Source: a bacterium
GTDB taxonomy: Bacteria > Zhuqueibacterota > Zhuqueibacteria > Zhuqueibacterales > Zhuqueibacteraceae
Direction: 5' to 3'
Length of the DNA: 46,833 nucleotides
Assembly: GCA_044869275.1 (NCBI GenBank)
Contig: JBIOXB010000067.1
Span: 1-46,833 of the forward strand
Below the pieces are notes generated by a model, which made no database searches, was not told where the DNA came from, and saw only the letters and a list, made by a program, of their open reading frames with translations. The translations under genes were made by a program, and so were the position numbers. Of the stretch, positions 19,904-28,891 are shown piece after piece (position 1 is the first letter of the stretch; the number at the start of each line of letters is the position of its first letter).

Positions 19904-21406
19904 CTATCCCGTTTGCCTGGCTGCTTTTTTGTCCACAAGCTCCTGGGCGGCCTCCGCCGGCGTTTGCTGCACTTTGGCGTGCCCGTTTTTGTGCTCGTAA
20001 GAAAGCTTGTCCATCAGGTCTTCGGGAATCAGCGGGTACTTGCCGGTGAAGCACGCGGTGCAATATCCGCCTTTTTCGTGCGGCACGGATTGCAGCAACC
20101 CGTCCAGTGAAAGATACTCGAGGCTGTCGGCTTCGAGGTACTCTTGGATGTCGGCAATGGAATGATTGGCCGCGATCAATTCCTTTTTAGTCGGAAAGTC
20201 CATGCCATAGTAGCACGGTGAAATGATGGGTGGTGAGCTGACACGTACATGTACTTCCTTCGCGCCGGCCTTGCGCACGAGCCGCACCAGATTTTTCAGC
20301 GTGGTGCCGCGCACGATCGAGTCTTCGACGATCACCACGCGCCGGCCGTTGAGCACGCCCTTGACCGGGTTGAATTTGATGCGCACGCCGAGGTCCCGCA
20401 TGCCTTGTTCAGGATGGATGAAGGTCCGGCCAATGTAATGATTGCGAATCAAGCCGATTTCGAATTTGATCCCCGAGTTGCGCGCATATCCCAGAGCCGC
20501 CGTGTTGGAAGAATCGGGCACGGAAATCACCATGTCCGCTTCCGCCGGTTTCTCGTTGGCCAGATTCTTGCCGAGGCGACGGCGTGCGCGATCGACGTTC
20601 TCCTCGAAGATTTTGCTGTCCGGCCGCGAGAAGTAAACGAATTCGAAAATACACGCGGCGCGTTCCGCTTTTTCCTCCAGGAAATCGTTGTGCACGCCGT
20701 GGCGGTCGAACACCACGATCTCGCCCGGCTCCACTTCGCGCACGTATTTGGCCTCCATCAAATCGAAAGCGCAAGTTTCCGAGGCGATCAACCAGGTCTG
20801 CCGCTTTCTGCCAATATTCAGCGGGCGCCAGCCGCGGGGATCGCGCACGGCGATCAGTTTCTGGCGCGTCAAAATGACCAACGAATACGCGCCCTTGAGG
20901 TGCCTGAACGTATCCTTGATGCGCCCGACAATGTCTTGGGCGTCGGACTTGGCCATCAAATGCAAAATCAACTCGGTGTCGCTCGTGGTCTGAAAAATAG
21001 AGCCCTGCTCCTCCAGTTGCGCGCGCAGGATGCCGGCGTTGGTGAAATTGCCGTTGTGCGATACTGCCATCATGCCGTGCTTGAAATGCACGAGCAACGG
21101 CTGGGCATTGGGCAGCATGTTCGAGCCAGTGGTGGAATAACGGTTGTGGCCGATGGCGAGCTTGCCCGGCAACCGCGCGAAGACCTGGCTATCGGAAAAA
21201 ACATTCGTGACCAGGCCCATACCCACTTGGCGATGCAAATTCTCGCCGTCGCTGGCGACGATGCCCGAGCTTTCCTGCCCGCGATGTTGCAGCGCGTACA
21301 GCGCCAGATAAACGAGTTTGGCGGCTTCGCGATTTCCATAAGCGCCGACAATGGCGCAGTTGGACCGAGGCTTGTCCAGCAAATTGAATTCTTCTGACGG
21401 ATTCAT
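19904..21406 (-). CDS. purF: Amidophosphoribosyltransferase, Bacillus-type (propeptide and Fe-S cysteines)
   Basis: Propeptide then CAIVG, LQHRGQES, GHNRYST, VEDSIVRGTT; Cys in ACIFE, SPCYYG and YCTAC. Confidence 0.97.
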   Translation of the reverse strand: MNPSEEFNLLDKPRSNCAIVGAYGNREAAKLVYLALYALQHRGQESSGIVASDGENLHRQVGMGLVTNVFSDSQVFARLPGKLAIGHNRYSTTGSNMLPNAQPLLVHFKHGMMAVSHNGNFTNAGILRAQLEEQGSIFQTTSDTELILHLMAKSDAQDIVGRIKDTFRHLKGAYSLVILTRQKLIAVRDPRGWRPLNIGRKRQTWLIASETCAFDLMEAKYVREVEPGEIVVFDRHGVHNDFLEEKAERAACIFEFVYFSRPDSKIFEENVDRARRRLGKNLANEKPAEADMVISVPDSSNTAALGYARNSGIKFEIGLIRNHYIGRTFIHPEQGMRDLGVRIKFNPVKGVLNGRRVVIVEDSIVRGTTLKNLVRLVRKAGAKEVHVRVSSPPIISPCYYGMDFPTKKELIAANHSIADIQEYLEADSLEYLSLDGLLQSVPHEKGGYCTACFTGKYPLIPEDLMDKLSYEHKNGHAKVQQTPAEAAQELVDKKAARQTG

Positions 21407-21455
21407 GGATTTGTCGATGCGAACTCCATTGCCGATGGACTAAGGGTGGCACGAA

Positions 21456-21830
21456 TCAACGGCGCAACATTACCGTCGCCAGCGCAATGCCCAACACGTC
21501 CGCCATGACATCTTTGACGCTGGGCGTGCCTTTGTTCGAGACCCCGTCGTAAATTTCCTTCGCAACTCCCAGCGCCAGGGTGCCGGCAATCGCAAATCGC
21601 AAACTTTGTTCGTGTGATTGCTCGAGCTCACCCCGCAGCACGTAGTATTGCGCTCCGGTGAGAAATGCGCTGGCGGTGACATGATCAACTTTGTCTTTGC
21701 TCAGCCAGCGATCCTGGCTATGCCGAAGAACGGCGGTGCTAGAATCTGATCTCACCGCCGCCGACTGCGCCACGGCTCTTCCCGCGGCAGGCAGCAACAT
21801 GAGAACAAAAATGGTACCTGACAACCGCAT
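21456..21830 (-). CDS. YfiM/DUF2279-like membrane or exported protein
   Basis: DRWLSKDKVDH, GVAKEIYD, SVKDVMADVLG; N-terminal signal-like segment. Confidence 0.7.
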   Translation of the reverse strand: MRLSGTIFVLMLLPAAGRAVAQSAAVRSDSSTAVLRHSQDRWLSKDKVDHVTASAFLTGAQYYVLRGELEQSHEQSLRFAIAGTLALGVAKEIYDGVSNKGTPSVKDVMADVLGIALATVMLRR

Positions 21831-21852
21831 AGTATCGAATCTCAAACAAAAT

Positions 21853-22368
21853 TCAAAGCCGAATTTGCAGGCGCATGCCAACCAGTGCTCGCGGGGGCGG
21901 CATCAAACTGATCTTGTCTTTATCCAACGATGGGCTTTCATCGAAATCGAATAAATGCGCATCGACGTACGCATCCAGCATGCTGAGCACGATGGTGCCG
22001 GCGAGAAACCATAAGGCTTGATTGCGATAATCTTGATAAAAAAACTTCGTCTCGGGGTCCGAAGTCCCCTTCGCGCGCACATTCCAATAAATCGCCGTGC
22101 CGATTTCCCCGGCCTCCGCCGCCAGCACCAGCGCCGCTTTGATCTTTTGTCCGTTGTAATATTGCCCCCAGCCGGGAATGGCGAGTGAACGCATTGCCGC
22201 GCCGGTCGGATTTTTTTTGGCGGCCACCGGTTTCTGGGCCGCAGCAGTCCCGGGTTCACCGGAAACCCGGAGCGAATCATGGGCATTGATTTGCGCAGAA
22301 ACTGGAACAACGCAAAACACCAGCAACAACAGGAAACGGGGCAGAGAATTGGAAAAACTAGTTCGCAT
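21853..22368 (-). CDS. DUF5683-like membrane protein
   Basis: AMRSLAIPGWGQYYN and LDAYVDAHLFDFD motifs. Confidence 0.75.
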   Translation of the reverse strand: MRTSFSNSLPRFLLLLVFCVVPVSAQINAHDSLRVSGEPGTAAAQKPVAAKKNPTGAAMRSLAIPGWGQYYNGQKIKAALVLAAEAGEIGTAIYWNVRAKGTSDPETKFFYQDYRNQALWFLAGTIVLSMLDAYVDAHLFDFDESPSLDKDKISLMPPPRALVGMRLQIRL

Positions 22369-22755
22369 TCAACCGGCAATGGCAATGGTTTCGATTTCGA
22401 CTCTGGCACCGCGCGGCAAGGCGCGCACTTCCACGGTGCTGCGCGCCGGCGGGTTCTGCGCGAAATACTCGCCGTAAACTTCGTTCATCGCCGCAAACTC
22501 GCTGAGATCGGTCAAAAACACCGTGGTTTTCACGACATTCGCCAGAGAAGTTCCAGCTGCGGTCAAAATCGCTTTGACATTTTCCAGCACGCGGCGCGTT
22601 TGTACTTTGATATCGCCCTCACTCATTTGCCCAGTGGCGGGATCGAGCGGCACCTGGCCAGCAGTGAAAAGCAAAGTTCCGCTGGAAATCTTGATGCCCT
22701 GGCTGTACGGCCCGATAGCGGCAGGAGCCTGCGTGGTTTTGACGACTTCTTTCAT
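22369..22755 (-). CDS. ridA: RidA/YjgF-family reactive intermediate deaminase
   Basis: [41 protein letters not shown] 22755. Confidence 0.93.
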   Translation of the reverse strand: MKEVVKTTQAPAAIGPYSQGIKISSGTLLFTAGQVPLDPATGQMSEGDIKVQTRRVLENVKAILTAAGTSLANVVKTTVFLTDLSEFAAMNEVYGEYFAQNPPARSTVEVRALPRGARVEIETIAIAG

Positions 22756-22836
22756 GGGAATTCCTTGGTTTTGTCTGTGAGTAAACCCTCCGTCTTGCTC
22801 CAATCATCACGCAGCGTCCTCATACCTCCCGCCGCG

Positions 22837-22884
22837 TCTCCCCCTCTCCCCCTCTCCCCGTCTCCCCCTCTCCCCGTCCCCCCT
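22837..22884 (+). repeat. Octamer tandem repeat (TCTCCCCS) x6, reverse complement of the 187-228 type
   Basis: tctccccc tctccccc tctccccg tctccccc tctccccg tcccccct, immediately after the ABC transporter stop. Confidence 0.85.
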
Positions 22885-22886
22885 CC

Positions 22887-24740
22887 TCACGCCCGAAACT
22901 GCATCTTGTACAATTTCTGATAGATCCCGCTTTGCACCAGCAATTCGTCGTGCGTGCCGCGCTGCACGATGCGGCCCCGGTCCACCACGATAATCTGGTC
23001 GGCGTGCAAAATCGTGGACAAGCGGTGCGCGATCACGAACGAAGTGCGGTTCGCCATCAGGCGCTCGATGGCTTGTTGAACCAGCAATTCGCTTTCACTG
23101 TCGAGCGCGGAAGTGGCTTCGTCCAAAATTAAAATCGGCGGGTTCTTAAGCAAAGCGCGCGCGATCGCCAAACGCTGGCGCTGCCCGCCGGACAGCTTCA
23201 GTCCGCGCTCGCCGATGACGCTATCGTAACCTTTAGGCAATTCAATGATGAAACGATGCGCATTGGCGGCCTGGGCTGCTTCGGCCAGCTTGGTTTCGGG
23301 CACCTCTTTCAAACCATAGGCAATATTGTTGCGCACCGAGCCGTGAAAGAGGATCGTTTCTTGCGTGACAATGCCCATCAACTGCCGCAGGCTTTTGACC
23401 TCCAATTCACGCAGGTCGACGCCATCGAAAAGAATCATGCCATGCGAGGGATCATAAAAGCGCGGCAGCAAATCGACGAGCGTGGATTTGCCCGCGCCGC
23501 TCGGCCCGACGATTGCCAAAATCTGGCCCTTGCGCACTTCGAAATTCAAATCGCGCAGTACCGGGGTGCCGGCATCGTATGAAAAGGCCACCGACGCAAA
23601 TCGAATGCTCTTTTCAAATCGTTCCACCTGCACTGCGCCGGGCAGGGAGACGACTTCTGGCGCGGTGTCCAGGAGCTCGAAAATCCGGTCGCCGGCGGCA
23701 ATCGCCTCTTGCAGCCGGGTGTTGACATCGGACAGATTTTTGACCGGCTGCATCACGGAAAAAATCATTAGCAAGAAAAGGATGAACTCGCTCGGCGACA
23801 AGACCTGGCCGGCCAGGACCTGCTGCCCGCCGAACCACAAAATCCCCACGCCCACGATCGCGCCCAGCGCTTCGTTCAGCGGCCCGGCCAGCTTGCTGAT
23901 GCGATTGACGCGCAGCAGAGTTTTGAAATAGGAGTGCGTCTCCTGTTCAAAATTGCGGATCTCATATTCTTCCATGGCAAACGCTTTCACCACGCGCGCG
24001 CCGGTGATGGTTTCTTGCAGCGCAGAAGCCACGTCCGCCATTTTCTCTTGCGAGAGGGAGGAGGCGCGGCGCATGCGCCTGCCAATGCCGTTGATGATGC
24101 CCAGGCTCAGGGGCAAAATCGTGAGCGCGGCGAGGGTCAACTTCCAGCTCAAAATGAAGGCGACGCTCAGATAGGTGATGATCAACAACGGGCTTTTGAT
24201 CATCGTCACCAAAACCGCCGAAATGCCGCCGTTGACCATGTTGACGTCGCTGGTGATGCGCGACATGAGCTGTCCGGTGCGCGTGCGATTGAAATAATTG
24301 AGCGAAAGCGCGTTCAAATGGCGGTACATGTCGTTGCGCAAATCCTTGATCACGCCCTGTTCGACATGCGCCATCAATATCGCTTGAAAATAATCAAAGA
24401 GATTCTTGCACACCATGAGCACGATGATCAGGGCGCACAGCCGCAGCAAGGCCTGGTTTTTGCCCTGTCCCAAAACAAAATCATAGAGTTTTTGTTTGGC
24501 CGAAGCCGTGAGCTTGGAAAAGGTGGGCGAAGACCATGCCGGCATGCCCGGAGTAGGTGCGGGAGAAACCTGGCTGGTTTGCGTTTGCTCTCCGCTATAA
24601 AAAACAACTTCGAGAAACGGCAAAATTGAGATCAACGAGGCGCTGCTGAAAATGGTGTAAAACAAAATGCAGAGGGTCGAGCCGGTCAGATAAGCCCAGT
24701 AGGGACGCGCGTAACGGAGAAGTCGCAAATAAGTTCGCAT
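22887..24740 (-). CDS. MsbA-like ABC exporter (TMD + NBD)
   Basis: Six-TM domain, GPSGAGKST, LSGGQRQR, ILDEATSALD, IAHRLST. Confidence 0.92.
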   Translation of the reverse strand: MRTYLRLLRYARPYWAYLTGSTLCILFYTIFSSASLISILPFLEVVFYSGEQTQTSQVSPAPTPGMPAWSSPTFSKLTASAKQKLYDFVLGQGKNQALLRLCALIIVLMVCKNLFDYFQAILMAHVEQGVIKDLRNDMYRHLNALSLNYFNRTRTGQLMSRITSDVNMVNGGISAVLVTMIKSPLLIITYLSVAFILSWKLTLAALTILPLSLGIINGIGRRMRRASSLSQEKMADVASALQETITGARVVKAFAMEEYEIRNFEQETHSYFKTLLRVNRISKLAGPLNEALGAIVGVGILWFGGQQVLAGQVLSPSEFILFLLMIFSVMQPVKNLSDVNTRLQEAIAAGDRIFELLDTAPEVVSLPGAVQVERFEKSIRFASVAFSYDAGTPVLRDLNFEVRKGQILAIVGPSGAGKSTLVDLLPRFYDPSHGMILFDGVDLRELEVKSLRQLMGIVTQETILFHGSVRNNIAYGLKEVPETKLAEAAQAANAHRFIIELPKGYDSVIGERGLKLSGGQRQRLAIARALLKNPPILILDEATSALDSESELLVQQAIERLMANRTSFVIAHRLSTILHADQIIVVDRGRIVQRGTHDELLVQSGIYQKLYKMQFRA

Positions 24741-24758
24741 AAAAACCGCTCCGCCACG

Positions 24759-24950
24759 CTATGGCTTCTTTTTGATCTCTTCGAATTTGGCGTCTTCGAC
24801 GTCCATCTGGGAGAGGTCGAGCGATTGTTGTTTTTGCCTGCCCCGCACGTGAGCCTCCGACTGCTCGGAGCTCCCCGCGCCGCGCACCAGCAGGCGCAAC
24901 ACGCGATAGGCGAGATAAATGAGCAGGGCGTAAATTAATAAACGAATCAT
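24759..24950 (-). CDS. Small single-TM hypothetical protein
   Basis: MIRLLIYALLIYLAYR...VEDAKFEEI; fills an operon gap. Confidence 0.7.
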   Translation of the reverse strand: MIRLLIYALLIYLAYRVLRLLVRGAGSSEQSEAHVRGRQKQQSLDLSQMDVEDAKFEEIKKKP

Positions 24951-24972
24951 TCTTCGCTGAGTGCTTGAAGGG

Positions 24973-25611
24973 TTACGCGGCTTGCGGCGGCGAGTAGTAT
25001 TGCACACCCGAAATCGGGCGGTTGAGCTGCGCCGTCAAATCTTCGAAGTCTTTTTCGTTATGAACAAAATCGATGGCTGTGGCATTGATGACCAGCAGCG
25101 GCGTATCGGTGTAATTGAAGAAGAAGCGATTGTAGGCTTCATTCAGGCTGCGAATGTAGTCTTCGCTCATGCTTCGCTCGTAGCTGCGATCGCGCCGCTT
25201 GATATTCTTCATCAAGCGCTCGGTGCTCATCTGCAAATACACCACCAGATCGGGCTTCAAGATATCGCGCTCCAACAAACGCGCGACTTTGTCGTACAGC
25301 GCCAGCTCGCGCTCTTCCAGAGTGAGCGTCGCGAAAATGCGGTCTTTGGCGAACAGGTAATCGGCCACGAGCAGATCGTGGAACAAATCTTTTTGCGGCA
25401 ACTCCTGCTGCTGGCGATAGCGGCTCAGCAAGAAGAACATTTGCGTAGAAAACGCAAAACGCAAAGGGTCATGGTAAAAATCGGACAGAAACGGATTTTC
25501 TTCGTGCTGCTCCAACAACAGGCGGGCGCGGTAGCGCTCGGCCATGCGCGCGGCCAGACTGGTCTTGCCGGCACCGATGACACCTTCGATGGCGAGATAT
25601 TGCACCCGCAC
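24973..25611 (-). CDS. Deoxynucleoside kinase
   Basis: IEGVIGAGKTS, NPFLSDFY, QMFFLLSR, PDLVVYL, RDRSYE; GTG 25611 with GAGG. Confidence 0.93.
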   Translation of the reverse strand: MRVQYLAIEGVIGAGKTSLAARMAERYRARLLLEQHEENPFLSDFYHDPLRFAFSTQMFFLLSRYRQQQELPQKDLFHDLLVADYLFAKDRIFATLTLEERELALYDKVARLLERDILKPDLVVYLQMSTERLMKNIKRRDRSYERSMSEDYIRSLNEAYNRFFFNYTDTPLLVINATAIDFVHNEKDFEDLTAQLNRPISGVQYYSPPQAA

Positions 25612-25619
25612 GATGAACC

Positions 25620-26114
25620 TCAAGTCTTGGTCAGCTTGATGACGCGGCTGCGATCCTCGCAACGCGCGAGCAGTTCGGCCACGGTTAGATTCCAGTGCGG
25701 CACGACGAAGTGCGGCGCGATTTCATTCCAGGGCGCCAGCACAAAACGCCGGTGCGCGAGCTCCGCATGCGGCACCACTAAGCCCGCCGTTTGCACTTCC
25801 CTCCGGTGAAAAGCCAGCAAATCCAAATCAATGTTGCGCGGCCCCCAGCGCTGCTGCCGCACCCGCCCCAAACGGCGTTCGATTTCCAGCAAATTTTCCA
25901 GCAACTCCAGGGGCGCGAGCGTTGCGGCGATTTCGACGACTTGATTCAGAAAAACGGGCTGATCCTGCAGGCCCACCGGCTCGGTTTCATAAAGCGAAGA
26001 TTGCTGCTCCAGCCGGATAGCGCCGTGCGCTTGTAACTCTTCCCGCGCGCGGCCGAGCCATTCTTCACGCGCGCCAAGATTCGAGCCCAGCCCGACAAAA
26101 ATCTCGCGGACAAA
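25620..26114 (-). CDS. folK: 6-hydroxymethyl-7,8-dihydropterin pyrophosphokinase (start problematic, see findings)
   Basis: VGLGSNLG, SSLYETEP, FLNQV, RWGPRNIDLDLL, PH, RRFVL. Confidence 0.92.
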   Translation of the reverse strand, partial: FVREIFVGLGSNLGAREEWLGRAREELQAHGAIRLEQQSSLYETEPVGLQDQPVFLNQVVEIAATLAPLELLENLLEIERRLGRVRQQRWGPRNIDLDLLAFHRREVQTAGLVVPHAELAHRRFVLAPWNEIAPHFVVPHWNLTVAELLARCEDRSRVIKLTKT

Positions 26115-26115
26115 C

Positions 26116-26532
26116 TCATCGGGCCGCTTTGCGATCGCTAGCCTCGCTTTTCGCGTTTCTTTTGCGACTCCGCTGCTCGCGGAGAATTTCCACTTCGATA
26201 CCGTCGCAAATCCCGGGCACCGGTGAATTGGGTTTGCGCACGCGCAGATGCACCTCGCGAATGGCGAAGCGCTGCAATAAAACAGACGCAATTCTCTCCG
26301 CCAAAGTTTCCACCAATTTGAAGCGTTTGCCGGTGACGACTCTTTCGACGATTTGATAGACTTTGTAGAGATCCACGGTGTCGCGAATGTGATCACTTTG
26401 CGCCGCCGCGGCCACGTCCACCTGCAATTCAACGTCCACTTCGAAACGCTGCCCGACTTCGCGCTCTTCGTCCCAGTAGCCGTGATAGCCGTGAAACACC
26501 ATGTTCTTCAAGCGCACGAAATCTGCAGTCAT
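26116..26532 (-). CDS. folB: Dihydroneopterin aldolase
   Basis: FHGYHG, EEREVGQRFEVD, DTVD, LVETLAERIA, VRKP; ATG 26532. Confidence 0.95.
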   Translation of the reverse strand: MTADFVRLKNMVFHGYHGYWDEEREVGQRFEVDVELQVDVAAAAQSDHIRDTVDLYKVYQIVERVVTGKRFKLVETLAERIASVLLQRFAIREVHLRVRKPNSPVPGICDGIEVEILREQRSRKRNAKSEASDRKAAR

Positions 26533-26558
26533 AGGAAGTTCGCGATCAGATTCGCCGT

Positions 26559-27425
26559 TCAAACTTCGATCAGCCCATCTGCGGCTGGGGCCTGCATGGC
26601 GGCCGTCTTCCGGAGGCGCGACGAAGTTTTGATCTGGCCTAATTCGACTTGCATGTCTTTGCCGGTTCGAATGTAATGATTCAGCGGTACCGGCTGCCAC
26701 GCCGAATCTTCAAACAGGTGCTCCGAGCACACCAGCACGGACTGGGGAAACAAGGGCGAATCTGCGATGAAATAAAGCGAGGCCGCCACCGGGAAAGTGG
26801 AAAAGTTCGTGACGAAGTTGGTCTCGCCGTCGCTCAAAGCGAGGTTCAGCACGACCTGGCTGCCAAATTGCTGTGCCAAGGTGCTGATTTGATCGATGGT
26901 TTGCAGCAAGCATTCCACCAGATCGGCAGCTTGACCGTGCTGGCGTTGTAGATTGCTCAAGAAAAGCGCGAAAATATGCTCGGAATCTGTGGTGCCCTCG
27001 ATGCCGGCGTAATCGTCGTCCAGCAACTGCCGGCGCATGGCGCGCATGAACGCCGGGCGAAAGTTCTCCGTCACGCCATTGTGCATGAATAAGAATTTCC
27101 CTTTGGCGAAAGGATGAGAATTGGTTTGCGCGATCGCCATGCCGGCGGAGGCACCGCGCACGTGCACGAACGCACAGGGCGTGACGATTTTCCGGGAAAT
27201 GCTGGGTAGATTGAGATCGCTCCAAATCGGCATCGGGCTTTTGAACACCGCCGGCGTGTCGTCCATTTCAGGCTTGTACCAGCCCACTCCGAAGCCGTCG
27301 GCATTGATCACTCCGCTGCGCATTTCCTTGGGTTGATAGCTCTGCTTGACAATGGAATGCGTCGGCGAGTAAATCAAAGAATGAAGATTGGTATCCTTTC
27401 CGATATATGTCAGAAGACGGCACAT
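26559..27425 (-). CDS. egtC: Class II glutamine amidotransferase, EgtC-like
   Basis: N-terminal MCR, NADGFGVGWY, PIWSD, HVRGAS, NSHPF, HNG, GTTDSEH; ATG 27425 exposes the N-terminal Cys. Confidence 0.8.
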   Translation of the reverse strand: MCRLLTYIGKDTNLHSLIYSPTHSIVKQSYQPKEMRSGVINADGFGVGWYKPEMDDTPAVFKSPMPIWSDLNLPSISRKIVTPCAFVHVRGASAGMAIAQTNSHPFAKGKFLFMHNGVTENFRPAFMRAMRRQLLDDDYAGIEGTTDSEHIFALFLSNLQRQHGQAADLVECLLQTIDQISTLAQQFGSQVVLNLALSDGETNFVTNFSTFPVAASLYFIADSPLFPQSVLVCSEHLFEDSAWQPVPLNHYIRTGKDMQVELGQIKTSSRLRKTAAMQAPAADGLIEV

Positions 27426-27492
27426 GAAGGTTTCCATTCACCCGCAGCATGGATTTCTTTGCCAAAAAAACACAGATTTCACTTATTATCGA

Positions 27493-27750
27493 CTAACTAT
27501 CTTTCTTCCCGGCCTGCTCATTGGAAGTGGCTGCCGGGTCCTGATCATCGGATTTGGCCTCTGCCGCTACCGTTTCGCGCCGCAAGCTGCCCAGGGAGAT
27601 AAAACTATAGAGATTTCGGCCGCAGCCGTTTTCGCAGCGGAACTCGCGAAAAATGCGGTCACATTCTTCCTGGCTGCGCACCATGTAGCGCTTGACGTTG
27701 CCGCACGCTTCGCAGGTGATGATCAGTTGACTGTATTCGATGTCCAGCAT
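27493..27750 (-). CDS. Small Cys4 putative zinc-binding protein
   Basis: CEACG and CENGCG motifs; first gene after a near-consensus promoter. Confidence 0.7.
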   Translation of the reverse strand: MLDIEYSQLIITCEACGNVKRYMVRSQEECDRIFREFRCENGCGRNLYSFISLGSLRRETVAAEAKSDDQDPAATSNEQAGKKDS

Positions 27751-27793
27751 GAGCTTATCCGCCTCGAATCATTTCATCGCTGAAAACACGATG

Positions 27794-27822
27794 ATTATAG
27801 TGGAATCTCGTCTGGATTGCAA
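27794..27822 (-). promoter_or_regulatory. Sigma70-type promoter for the leftward operon
   Basis: Minus strand TTGCAA-17 nt-TATAAT. Confidence 0.75.
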
Positions 27823-27832
27823 GAAAAAAAAC

Positions 27833-27861
27833 TTGCGCGCAAGGCCCACAATGTTTATATT
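27833..27861 (+). promoter_or_regulatory. Sigma70-type promoter for the tRNA cluster
   Basis: TTGCGC-17 nt-TATATT preceded by an A-tract, 13 nt before tRNA-Gly. Confidence 0.65.
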
Positions 27862-27874
27862 CGATTCATCAAAA

Positions 27875-27946
27875 GCGGGAGTAGTTCAGTGGTAGAACAC
27901 CACCTTGCCAAGGTGGGGGTCGCGGGTTCAAGCCCCGTCTCCCGCT
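27875..27946 (+). tRNA. tRNA-Gly (GCC)
   Basis: Acceptor GCGGGAG/CTCCCGC, anticodon arm CCACC-TTGCCAA-GGTGG, T-loop TTCAAGC; CCA not encoded. Confidence 0.97.
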
Positions 27947-27981
27947 CTCATTCAATCAGCGATACCGTGCAGGCCTGCTTT

Positions 27982-28052
27982 TTCGTTGACAATTCACCAT
28001 TGACAATTGGCAATGATCAATGGTGAACAATCAGCGGTGAATTGTCAACGAA
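27982..28052. repeat. 17-bp perfect inverted repeat in the Gly-Cys spacer
   Basis: ttcgttgacaattcacc pairs with ggtgaattgtcaacgaa. Confidence 0.85.
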
Positions 28053-28060
28053 GAAGATCG

Positions 28061-28133
28061 GGCGGCGTAGCCAAGTGGTTAAGGCGGAGGTCTGCAAAAC
28101 CTCTATTCATCGGTTCAACTCCGATCGCCGCCT
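28061..28133 (+). tRNA. tRNA-Cys (GCA)
   Basis: Acceptor GGCGGCG/CGCCGCC, anticodon arm GAGGT-CTGCAAA-ACCTC; CCA not encoded. Confidence 0.97.
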
Positions 28134-28143
28134 CCCGCAACAG

Positions 28144-28224
28144 AGCAAAAAGAAAACAGCAAACAGCAAAAAGAAATGATCTGCAGTTTTCTTTTTGCTG
28201 TTTTCTTTTTGCCGTTTTCTTTTT
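28144..28224. repeat. Inverted array of AAAACAGCAAAAAG units in the Cys-Leu spacer
   Basis: agcaaaaagaaaacagcaaacagcaaaaagaaa versus ttttctttttgctgttttctttttgccgttttctttt. Confidence 0.8.
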
Positions 28225-28231
28225 GGAACCG

Positions 28232-28319
28232 GCCGGGGTGGCGGAATAGGTAGACGCAAGGGACTTAAAATCCCTCGGTCTCGCAAGTGACCGTGCCGGT
28301 TCGATTCCGGCCCTCGGCA
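28232..28319 (+). tRNA. tRNA-Leu (TAA)
   Basis: Acceptor GCCGGGG/CCTCGGC, anticodon arm AGGGA-CTTAAAA-TCCCT, long variable arm, GTTCGATTC; same order as glyW-cysT-leuZ. Confidence 0.97.
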
Positions 28320-28340
28320 CAACAGGCACAATCATCAGTC

Positions 28341-28377
28341 GGCTTGTGGATAAATCATCGCAAGCCTTTTTGTTTTT
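28341..28377 (+). terminator. Intrinsic terminator after the tRNA cluster
   Basis: ggcttgtg/cgcaagcc stem followed by tttttgttttt. Confidence 0.7.
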
Positions 28378-28450
28378 AAGCCCTCGCACCACCAGGGAGC
28401 ATCTCCACTGGTTGCTCGATGCTCACGCATATTCCTTCTGATTCACCTTC

Positions 28451-28735
28451 ATGCCTCACCAAAAATCTCACCAGCTCGACGCGTCCGCCAAAACTCCGCA
28501 GCGAGGCTTTACTTTTGCCGAAAAATGGATCATCTGGTCGGTGCTGTGTTTGTTGCTGGCGTTGAGCACGCACTGGCTCATTTTCCCGGGGCTGCAATTT
28601 CTGGCCTGGGGCATTGTGCGGTGGCGCTGGCAGGCGCAGCACCGTGTGCCCCTCGCAAAACGATATATTGCAATCATTGCCTTCATGGCCGGCCTGGTCT
28701 TAGCCTATGGCGCGATCGTGCTGCTGCGTGCTTAA
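28451..28735 (+). CDS. Small hypothetical membrane protein
   Basis: 94 aa with two to three hydrophobic segments. Confidence 0.55.
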   Translation: MPHQKSHQLDASAKTPQRGFTFAEKWIIWSVLCLLLALSTHWLIFPGLQFLAWGIVRWRWQAQHRVPLAKRYIAIIAFMAGLVLAYGAIVLLRA

Positions 28736-28891
28736 GCACATATTTTCTTCAAATCACCTCAAAATCATCTATAGTTTTCTGATTACAAATTTGCCACTTC
28801 GCTTGCTCTTCTCACCTCTCAAACTGATTCAAAAAATTATGCCAGTCCGAGTTATCTGGAACAGGTTGTAATCTCTTATTTGAGTTGAGCC

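Noticed and set aside
26115..26432. ORF-track N-terminal extension of FolK from TTG 26432
   Set aside because: It overlaps most of folB and does not resemble any protein; treated as an open shadow frame.
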